Assembly: GCA_036867785.1 (NCBI GenBank)
Contig: CP145426.1
Span: forward strand, 1 to 64,000
Direction of reading: 5' to 3'
DNA length: 64,000 bases
From: Plasmodiophora brassicae
Taxonomy: Eukaryota
Shown: in pieces, positions 1 through 10,117 of the stretch
Layout of the letters: each line of letters begins with the position of its first letter
How positions within the stretch are numbered: the stretch's first letter is position 1
The notes under the pieces: model-generated
Told to the model about the DNA's origin: nothing
Seen by the model: only the letters and a program-made list of their open reading frames with translations
The model's database searches: none
Position numbers and translations under genes: made by a program

Positions 1-401
1 TAAAACCCTAAAACCCTAAAGCCCTAAAACCCTAAAACCCTAAAACCCTAAAACCCTAAAACCCTAAAACCCTAAAACCCTAAAAACCCTAAAACCCTAA
101 AACCCTAAAACCCTAAAACCCTAAAACCCTAAAACCCTAAAACCCTAAAACCCTAAAACCCTAAAACCCTAAAACCCTAAAACCCTAAAACCCTAAAACC
201 CTAAAACCCTAAAACCCTAAAACCCTAAAACCCTAAAACCCTAAAACCCTAAAACCCTAAAACCCTAAAACCCTAAAACCCTAAAAACCCTAAAACCCTA
301 AAACCCTAAAACCCTAAAAAACCCTAAAAAACCCTAAAAAACCCTAAAACCCTAAGCCCTAAAAACCCTAAAACCCTAAAAAACCCTAAAACCCTAAGCC
401 C
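1..401. repeat. Telomeric repeat (CCCTAAAA)n, i.e. TTTTAGGG on the G strand
   Basis: Continuous 8-bp tandem from base 1; variant units (CCCTAAAAA, CCCTAAAAAA, CCCTAAG) are concentrated at the proximal end; the C-rich strand at the 5' end fits a left chromosome end. Confidence 0.98.
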
Positions 402-3376
402 ATCGCCTGGCGAGCCCTGGATCCGTGCTGGACCCCTCAGTCGCGTCGATGCAACACATCACGTTCGCCGAGTGGGTGGCATTCAATTGGATGTCGCCCG
501 GCGTGGACACGCTGCCGCACGTAGCGCTCTGGCGTGACGTCATGTCCATCGTGCCGCTTAGTCGTTTCCGAGAGGCCGACGTCATGCGCGCGTTGGTGAC
601 GAGGGTACAAGGCAGGCGCCGAGCCCTGGGGCGTGATGTCATTCACGTGTCGTTGCGTCTACGCTGGGATGGCCGTGTCGTACATCCTCCCGTCGTCCTT
701 GTTGATGCGCCTCCGGAGCGAGTCACCGACGCCTATCTCCGCATGCTCATGGCGTCCGGCGACAGCAGCCCGGCCCAGCGTCGTGCACTGCGCCAGCGTC
801 CGGCGGGTCGATGGGTGCCTACCGCCGAGTTCAAGAACATCCTCCAGCAGGTCGTCATGCTGGTCCCGCCACTCTGTGATCCCGACCTGATCGTACCGTT
901 GACGTCAGCTGGATCGCTGCAGATCAGCAAGGTCCCGCTGTCGTCGCGGTCGGTCACCCTGGCGCAGGCTCAAGGGTCGTGGGCGGAGCTGCCGCTGCCG
1001 TCCGCCTTCCACGGGAACAAGCATCGCCGGCATTGGCCGTGGGAAGCCATGGCCCTGATCATGGGCGTGATGCATTCGAGGAAGGACGGGAAAGGCACCC
1101 CGGTCTTGGTCGATTGGGACGGGTTCCTGGGCGATCCACACAACGCGGTGCTGGTTCAGAGGCCCTGCGTCGACGACACGATTGAACTGTCGAAGTCGCC
1201 CCGGCAGATGTCGACGCAGGTCAGCAAACTCGTCAAGAGCGTGTCTGGTCTGTGGCCGTCACCCGTGGACCTGTCCAAGTGGGGCCTGCAGCAGAGGATC
1301 ATCCTTATGATCTTCCATGCGCGCGGCCTCGGTCGACGAGTGTTGACGTACGTGGGTGAGAAGAGGAACGCTGACGAGCGGGACGGCGATGACCACGTCG
1401 TCGACATGTCGGCGGTCCTCAGGTCGCTGGACGCAGGCGCGGTTGAGTGGGACGACTTCGCCCACGAACTCATGCTGATCGGCGCTGTCGGCGCCAAGCT
1501 CAACGAGGTCTGGTGCGCGACGAAGCACACCTACGACGTCTTGCTGGTGGCGATCGAACTCATCGTCCTGACGTCGAGGCGCCAGAACGATGTCGTCGTT
1601 GAGCGGATCGCGTCGCTCGTTGCCCGGCTTGTGCCGATGTACCTGGACGCCGTCCGAAGGCGGCGAAGCGGCATCGACGTTGCCGGTGCCAACGGATCTG
1701 AGGACGGCGGTGCAGGAGACGACGCCGGTGACGAGCGCCGCCCCGTACGCAGGACAGTAACCAGTCGGCGGGCAGCACTACTGCAGAACCGGTCGGCAAT
1801 CAGGTGCCGACGAACTGTACGTGTACTGATGATATTCGCCTTGATTGTGCAATCCTGCTGATCCACTGTGGGCCTGAACAGAGTACGATGGATGTGGACC
1901 CGATGTCGAGCGACGACGACAGCGACGCACCGTCCCAGGACACGAACGACGTTTGCGAGTCGTCCTCCAGGTCGTCGGAGTACAGGGTGATTTGGGTTAG
2001 AAGGTATTGCGAGCGGGGTGTAGACTGAACCCCCGTGACATTGCAGGCACCCAAGCTTACTTGCAAGCGGAGGAGGGTTCAAGTGGCTCTCCTCGCGAAA
2101 CGCCCAGCGAGGAAGCGCAGACAGGTTTGCCAATTGCCAACGCCGGTACTGTGGCGAGGGAGACAGCTGACATGCGTGCAATAACTGCAGGTCCACGAAC
2201 GACCTGCTGTCGACCGTTCGAGCCGCACCGAACGAATCGCCCACAGCGATCCCGCCCAAGGGTCGGAACCTCCTGCGCAGGTACGAAACGCGATCCAATT
2301 GTCATCGACGCTGCTGAAGTTGACGTTCAGGAGTGTGGTGCTGACACGCTACTTCCAGCGGGCATATCGAACGTGGATGCGGCCGGCGTCTGCCGGCAGA
2401 TTTGCTTCGCCATTGCACCGGTCCATATCCTGCGTCGTTTGCCTGGATGGCACCGCGTGTCGGGCGACGCGCCCTGGGTGGGCCTGTTCAACCAGGTGAT
2501 GAACCCCCGCCTGGATGCGAACGTGGCGTCGTACGCGCTCGTTGAGCTCATCAGCAGCCTGGGCAACGCCGACCGGGCGACACGGTCGTTTCCTGCCGGA
2601 CATCAGCACGACGCAGACGACTTCGTCCTGGAACTGCTATCGCAGATGGAGGCATACCGTATGGTCGGCGCTGATGGACAGCCGATTGTTGGCAGTCTCG
2701 TCGAGTTCGTCGAACACGTGGTTGATACGTGTGCCACCTGCGGCCATGCCTCGTCGCGCCCGCCTTGTCAGCAGCCCGTCGTCATGCTGCAGGGCTGCCA
2801 CCGGCGAGTCAAACTCTCAACGGTTCTGGTCGGGGAGCAGTCGGAGACGATCACCAGGAGGTGCACCTCCAACGTTCCCTGCCAACCTGGTCACGATGTC
2901 GAGCACCGGTCGACAACGTTCCGCCACATGGCCAGGAGTCCAACGCCGGGGTCACTGTTGATTGTTCGGCAGGATCCGATGGAGATCGTCCAGCAACCCG
3001 GCCCTGACGGAGCGCAGATCAGCATGGCGCGTCGTAGGACCACGGTGGTAGGTGCAGGACATCAAGCGATGATGATGGGTGGATCTCTTGGATGTCTGAT
3101 ATCTCCTGTGGGCAGGACGTGGTGCCAGAAGTGACGTTTCAGACTGGCAGAGCGTACTTCGATCTCGTTGGCCTGGTCGATTACCAGGGTAGTGACACCC
3201 AATTGGCTGGGCACGATGAAGGGCATTATATATCCTGGGTCAAGCAACCCGGTGGTTCCTGGGTCTTCTGCGACACCAATCGCCTAGTGCGGTATGGAGA
3301 GTCCCAAGTGGCTAGCCTGCTCCACAAGCGCGTCTACAGGCTGCTCTTCTACAGATGCAATGGTATCCGTTCATAA
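398..3376 (+). CDS. Telomere-adjacent multi-exon gene (~889 codons from the telomere junction): unknown N-terminal region plus C-terminal divergent USP (peptidase C19) domain; possibly 5'-truncated
   Basis: Five phase-0 GT-AG introns (1817-1881, 1987-2046, 2125-2190, 2281-2330, 3048-3115) join the ORFs in frame. Motifs: Cys box GISNVDAAGVC, QHDADDF, CATCGH, His box GHYISWVK..WVFCD, terminal YRLLFYR. The USP part is firm; the join to the 425-1861 ORF is less certain. Confidence 0.7.
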
Positions 3377-3499
3377 ACTTGTATTTGTAACTTAACACAC
3401 GGGACGGGTCTGTTTGAGGTGCAGCATCGAGAGCGTCGATGGTCGATTGTAAGGGTAGGCATTGCTTGGCCTAACCAGGCATGGCAACGTCATGGGATG

Positions 3500-6400
3500 G
3501 GTTTCATATGCGTCGACATGAAGGGACGGGCGCAACGTCGATGAACACGCTGGGGACGGACGGCGTCCCGCCCTGCTCTGGTCGGCACCAGCTGACGCCA
3601 GGAAGCCATGCATGGCCGGTGTACACGCGTGACAACTGGTTCTGCCTGTATTGAACGGTCCTGGTTGCCGCGATACGCCGGCCGGGATGGTGGCGATCGT
3701 CATCAGATAGCAGGCGTTCGCGTGGCGGCCGGTAGAAATGGACGTTGGGCAACCAGCAGCGTAGGCATGCGCAGCTGGGCTTGCGGACGGTGGCGCTGGC
3801 GGCGCCCTTGCTCGCTGTGGCCGACATGGAATGACGGGTTTATGGCAGGGACGCGAACGACCAACCGCAGCGATCGACAGGGGGTAGGCGTCGCCTCAGG
3901 CGTGGGACCAGGTGGTCGCAAGCCTGACGATGCGGTACAGCTACGGCTGCCGTCTCCTGTCCATCACATGTCAGAGGTCATGGTCGCTGGTCATACGCGC
4001 TACGGCGTACCTGTTCTGGATATACTTCATCCAGAGGTACTGAGCGCGTTGACACACCAGCAGCAGGTTGCATTGCCTTCCCCGGGGATGCGTTTTACAC
4101 GTGCCGATATGGTCGGCGGCGACGTCGGCGTGGACCTGTCGTCGGGGATACGCGACATGCGATAGCCCCAGGTGTGGAGCAGGTGGTCGGACCGCCTGGC
4201 ACCGCCCGGCATCGACGGCTGCCGTCTCCTGTCCAGCACATGTCTCAGCCCATGGTTGCTTGTCATACGCGATACTACTTACCTGTTCTGAATACAATTC
4301 ATCATCCAGAGGTACTGAGCCGCAGCAGGTTGCGTTGCCTTCGTTGGGGACGCCTTGGCCCGTGACGATATGGTCGGCGGAGACGGCGGCGGGGACGCAA
4401 GCAGGTCAGGCAGGCACGACATGTCGTCGGCGACCCGCGATGTGCGACGGCGCAGAACACCCGTTGAACCGTTTACGGCGATGTCGTGGACGACGTTGAC
4501 GACAGGCAGCGTAGCCGGGTCGTCGGCGACGACGACGACGCAACTACGGAGTGGTGCGCCCTGCTGGACTTTCGCCGAGGCCAGCCTTCATTGGAAATCC
4601 ATATACCGAGATGGAACTAGATCAGTAGGTACGAACTCGACTGCCCTCGTTTAATGTCGAGTACCTTCCCTCCGAAGAACCGCGAAGAGAAATTCGGCAC
4701 TCTCCACCCTTTGCGGACAGCGGGTCCCACACATCCGACTGTATTGTTCCTCGGTTACGTTCCCTTTACGTTTGTCGGGAACTCGTAAACGTTTGGCCCC
4801 TGCATCTTGCTGAAATTGTTAAAATGTGTTAACGCTCCCGGTTACGACGAGGAGCAATTCGGCACTCTCTCCTCGTTGCGGACAGCGGGCCACACACCTC
4901 CGAGTGTATTGTTCCTCGGTTACCTTCCCTTTAGGTTTGTCTTATTGTCGTAAACTTGTAAAGGGATGGCCTCTGCACCGTATTGAAATTCGTAAAGTGT
5001 GTTAACGCTCCCGATTACGACGAAGGGCAATTCGGCACTGTCTCCCCGTTGCGGATAGCGGGTCTGAGACATCCGATCGAGAGTATTGTTCCTTGGCTAT
5101 GATCCCCTTCGGTTGGTCTTATTGTCATCAACTCGTACATGTACGGCACCTGCACCTTACTGAAATTCTGAAAATGTATTAACGCCCGCTTACGTCGAGG
5201 AGCAACACGGCACCCTCCGCCCGTTGCGGGCAGCGGGTCTCACACATACGAATGTACTGTTCCTTGGTTACGCTCTTCACGTGTGGGTGTACGCGCATGT
5301 CAACATGTTCAGCGTGTATTGAACGGCCACGGTTATCGGGATATAGCGTCAAGGATGCTGCACGATCGTTGTCGAAAGTCAGGTGTCCGCGAGGCTTCCG
5401 GCAGCAACGGGCGCTGGGCACCGCTACCCTGCTGGGCAACCAGCAGAGTTGGCAGAGGCAGCCGACCAGGCAGATGGGGGGCCGGCGACGCATTTGCACC
5501 AGTGCCCGTCATCGCAGGACGGTTCAGGGCAGACGGCGAATTGCATCCGGCGGCTAGGGTGGGGCAGTCGACCGCGTCACGTGTGGAGCAGAATGACAAT
5601 TTGGCAGAACCACGGCTGCTTGAAGGCTCCCATGATGGACAAGCGACGTCCCACGGCAGCTGGCTTAGCCTGTTCATCACATGTCAGAGGCGAAGGTCAT
5701 ATCGCATCAGCCGAGAAACTATACCTGTCCTGGAATCGCACCCAGAGATATTGGGCGCGCTTAAGGAAGATGATCACGTTCCGCTGTCCTAGTAGACGAT
5801 GTGTTGGCCCGGTCGCAGCGACGTCGGCGCGGACGCAAGCAGGGCAGGCAGCCGTATCAGGCGATGGGGCATCTTGGCAACGACACGCTCCTGACCAGGA
5901 GATGCACAGAAGCCCAGCAGGCCCCCTTATGGTCGCGTTGCAGGTGATCCCGTTGGCCCATGTCGGTGCTCGGCGGTGACTTCGACGCGGACGTAAGCAC
6001 GGCGAGCAGCACGACGGGTCGTTGGGGACCCGCAGCCTGCAGACGCGAACTTAGTCGAATATCGCGATGTAGTGGGCGGCATTGACGACCGGCAGCGTCG
6101 TAACTGGCGACGGCAGTGTCCTGTGCAGAACGTGTGAGGCCGTGATCATTTGCATTAGACAGCGGTCCGTACCGGAGCATGGCGTCGTCCAGACGTGTTG
6201 GGCGCGTTGGCAATACGTCCAGTGGGATGCATCGATTACGTCACAGTCGATCGCAGGAACAGCGAGCAGGCGCCTCGGGACGTCGACGACTCGAGAGACG
6301 CGAGGACGAACACAACGCAGCAGGCAGGCACCGCTCGACACGCAGACAGGGAGGCCGGCGACGACATCGACTGGTTAGCCCGCTATCAACGCATGGTGCC

Positions 6401-7000
6401 GGGCATGGGGCGTGCATGACCAATTGTTCCAAGCGTCGGAAGCCACCACGCCGGGGTCATGTTGGACCTGGTCCGACTCGACGGCATGAGACTGCATAAG
6501 GGCGGTGTCGAACGCGTCAGAGGGCCTGGGACACTGTGCAACAAACGATGACTCGTACCTGTCCTCGAGGTGCAACGGCTTACGGCGCAGACACTGGCAG
6601 GGCACGCGGTCGCGACAGGTCGTCGGCGATCGGCGAGGTGCGATGGTGAACATCGTGGCGTATCGGGAAGCCGTGTACGGCGATGTAGTGGGCGGCGTCG
6701 ACCACCGGCTTGGTCGTCGGATCGTCGGCGATTGGCAGGGGACGTGGGCGATCGGCTGCATCGTCAGCGTCGTCAGTCGCAGCGCAACACGGAGTCGGCG
6801 ACTGATTCACGCCGACACGGCATCCGTCGGCCGGAGGCGCGATGTCGTCCACAGGTCCCATACTGCCGCCACCGGCGTGGGCGAAAGCTAAAGCGGCAAC
6901 GTTGCTCGGCAAAGGGGCTTAACGTCCCAAAAAACTGGGTCCATAAATGCGATTTTTTTGGGCCGATTTCTTCTTGCGTCATGCGTTGTCAGCTGTCAGA
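3500..7000 (-). pseudogene. Decayed subtelomeric modules resembling exons of a Cys-rich (GCC2/GCC3, ephrin-receptor-like) repeat gene
   Basis: Internal duplications (about 3930-4165 vs 4180-4445 vs 5700-5860; 3650 vs 5315); recurrent minus-strand CAG|GTA donors at ~4008, 4280, 5722 and 6557; residual peptides such as PGPFNTGRTSCHACTP and VRFQDR; many stops and frameshifts. Confidence 0.4.
4691..5280. repeat. Diverged tandem array, ~165-175 bp unit, ~3.5 copies
   Basis: Unit starts AATTCGGCACTCT at 4691, 4856, 5029 and (variant) 5204; shared blocks TTGCGGACAGCGGG, GTATTGTTCCTCGGTTAC and CTGAAATT..AAATGTGTTAACGCTCCCG; AT-richer than the flanks and largely free of ORFs. Confidence 0.9.
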
Positions 7001-9320
7001 CGGCCCTACTCATCGAACTCGACGATTGCTGCGCTGCCAAATTGAACGCGACCACGATGGAATGGAACGCCCTCCATCAGACGTTTCGATGCTCTGCACC
7101 AGGAATGCTGGCGACTCGTTTGCAGATGGCCGCCATCCTGGCTGCTGCGGGGACAATGGTGCCGGAACCCCTGCTGGGCATGACCGGCTCCGAGGCCGCC
7201 TTGCAACTCGTTCGCCAGTGCTGGGTCAATCGGCCCCTGTCCGACACCGAGCGCGAGAGGCTCGCCAACGTCTCCGAGTTCAGCCATCGCGAGCCGACTC
7301 TGGCGATCGTATGCGACGACCTGCTTCGGTACACGACGTCGTTCGAATTTCTGTACAGCAACGGGCAGTCAGAGGCGAAACCGGAACCTGACGTTGCGCA
7401 ACGTGAAGCCGAAAACGACCTCCTGAATGCATCGTTTGGCGAACTCCGATCCAGGATGCGATCGCCGATCCAGTCGAACCGGCTTCGACAGTGGCTGCTG
7501 CCTGGAGAATCCATACGCCCGGGCCTATTTGCTCAGTCGAGTCTCGTCGCGGTACGATCGACTCGCGTACTGCCAACAGTCGAACGATTGCCACGGAGCC
7601 CTGTTGGTCGCGACGTCGTAAAGCAGTTCGAGGCTGAGCTCCGTGCACTGCTTGTTCACAGCGACCCATCCGGTTCTGTGCCCGAATTCCCAATCGGTGC
7701 GCTCGATTCGAAGAAACAGCCGTCGAAGGTCTTCGAAGAGGTTCTCCGCGCCCTCGAACGGTCATGGGGCACCCACCATCAGCTTCCTCGCCCACGACGA
7801 TCGTCCCAGGTGGAGGTCATGGCCGTTGTCAGGCGCATGGCGGCACGCGTGGACGCGCTGGTCGACGTGCAGCATCAGTTCCTGAAAACCGTCCTTATTG
7901 ATAACCGCGATCCTGTCTACGAATGGCTTCTGCTGTCGAACCGGGCGCCGGTCCTCTGCTTCACGGATCTGCTCCGAATCGCTCTGCGCGCTCCAGAATG
8001 CACTGAACTGATGCCGTTCCTCAGTTCAGGCGCCCGTGACGATTACCGGTCGGCGACGTTGACGTTTCTAGAGCTGCTCGTCCTGCGCGGCCGCCTTTGT
8101 CGCATCGTCCAGCACGAAGGCAATGAAGCGATGCAGATTCGCGAACTGGAGACCTTTCGACAATGGGACACGTCGCAGCACGCCGGCTGGCTCGTGTTTG
8201 AAGTCGAGGGCGACATCCAGATCCGCCCCGAGCAATACGCCATGGCTCGGCACCTGCTGGACAACGCTGGAGCGATATCCCAATTGAACATGGGGATGGG
8301 CAAGACACGGGTTATCCTGCCGATGCTGATTATCGATGCTGTTGCACGAGGCGACCGCGTACGCGTCAACGTGCTCGACGCTTTGTGGCATGAGACGCTG
8401 GAATACTACCGCCTGCATTTAACGGCCAGCGCGTTGGCCGTTCGCATCGCTGAGTTTCCGTTCAGTCGCGACGTGGACGTCGGCAAAGGCACAATCAAGC
8501 TATTGAAGCAAGTGCTGGCTTGCTCAAACTGCTTCGTCGTCGCCCCGCAACATCGTGTTTCACTCATCTTGAAGATCGCTGAGCTTCGTTTGGCTGAAGA
8601 TCGCGAGGTTCAAAGTCTGGCCAACCTTCTTCATCGCGCGGAGAGTTCCGTCTCGTTTCGCGATATCTTTGACGAAAGCGATGCGCTGCTTCACTACCGG
8701 TACGCTCTAGTGTATGCGGTCGGTACACCGACACGTCTGGAGCACTGCGACGAGCGCATCACGGCCGCATGCATCCTGCTTCGTGCCATCAACCGAGCCG
8801 ATGATGGCGCCAGGCTGGGCACGCTGCTCGCCCGCCCAGGATTCTCGACGCGATACCCAGCGGGATCGCGGGGCGACTTCTCGCCGGTGCACCTAGCCGC
8901 TAGGCAGGATCGGCACAACGATCCCGATCGGCAACTTCTCCGGCAACTCATTGCTGCTCAGTTGCTGGATGGTGCCCGCACAGATGACGATCTCGATTGG
9001 TTGGACGCCTGGTCTACCCGGCGTGCCAGTGATGAGCTCCGCGAAGCATTGCTTCGATTCCTCGTCGACGACGAGTTCGAAGATGAGCGATCGCTTCTTA
9101 CTTCATTCCCCGAAGACCATCGTCCCCTCGTCCTGGCTCAACGAGGGTTGTTGGCGTTTGGCCGCATCGAGTTCGCGTTGGAACAGCGGAACCGCGTCAA
9201 TTATGGCATTGACGTTCATCGTCGCCCGAAGCGCCTGGCGGTCCCGTTCGTCGCGGCGGACGTCCCATCGTCGAGGTCGGAGTTCGCCGATCCCGATATC
9301 TCCATTCTGCTCACCACGCT
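7000..9320 (+). pseudogene. Internal fragment of a giant DUF3638/DUF3645 (P-loop-like) protein, truncated at both ends
   Basis: Motifs WLVFEVEGDIQIRPEQ, QLNMGMGKTRVILPML, DIFDESD (DUF3638) and NYGI..LAVPFVAADVPSSRSEFADPDISILLT (DUF3645). The 5' side of the ORF is subtelomeric repeat, and family-like sequence stops right after DUF3645. Confidence 0.8.
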
Positions 9321-9329
9321 GCCGCGTGC

Positions 9330-10117
9330 ACCGGTCGGTGATCATTGTACCCGTCACGCCTGCTTTACTGACCGTCCGCTCGCTGTAGGCACAAGACAAG
9401 AGGACGCGTGAAGTCGTGGCTGGACTTGCGAAGCGTCCTTTCCAGGCATCCAAACCGGTTCGAAACTGACATCGCCGGTACTCAGGCCAAGATGACCTGT
9501 AACACGCACGCGTTGTCCAAGGCATCCGAACGTACTCCTGGCGAACGTGCGAGCCGGTCCGCACAAGACGTCGACCGCGAATCGATCGAAGAAGCGCAAC
9601 GTCCTGCACAGGTGCGCTATACTGTGGTAATTGGCATAATCGACGCTGACATTGACATTTAGGAGCGTGACGCTCGGTCGATCATGCCAGCGGGCATATC
9701 GAACATTGATGCGGCAGGCGTTTGCCGGTCCATTTGCTACGCCATCGCTCCGATGCAGATCGTCCGTGCATTGGCCGGCTGGGAATGTGTCTCCGGCCCC
9801 GTGCCCTCTGGATTGACCTGCGCGTCTGGATCAGCACGAGGCGTCCGCTACGTTGGTTGAGCTCATCAAGGTCATCAGCGACGCTGACCTGGCGACGAGT
9901 TCGTTCCATGCCGGGGGACATCATGACGCGGATGATTTCGTACTGGAGATGTTAGGGCAGATGCCGGCATACGCGGTCTTCGGAGCCAATGGTCAACCGA
10001 TCGTTGACACGTGCACGACATGCGGCCACACAACTAGGCGCCCGCCCTGCGACGTTCCGGTTCTCATGCTGGGTGGTTCGCACGGCCGAACGACCCTCGC
10101 CGACGCGTTACTGCGAG
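9330..10117 (+). pseudogene. Second, broken copy of the subtelomeric USP gene
   Basis: IMPAGISNIDAAGVCRSICYAIAP (~9680-9755), HHDADDFVLEML and CTTCGH match 2331-2830; same intron position after PAQ|GT; frameshift near 9760; 33-nt deletion; His box absent because the LINE fragment follows. Confidence 0.85.

Noticed and set aside
3048-3115. Apparent frameshift in the telomeric USP gene
   Set aside because: Explained by a canonical 68-nt phase-0 GT-AG intron.
4691-5280. CRISPR-like array
   Set aside because: Whole units are homologous with no unique spacers, the context is eukaryotic, and there are no cas genes.
6926-6962. CCCAAAAAA...TTTTTTTGGG hairpin at the DUF3638 junction as a Helitron-type end
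   Set aside because: Short low-complexity stem, not conserved in the homologous block near 13065, and no CTRR terminus.
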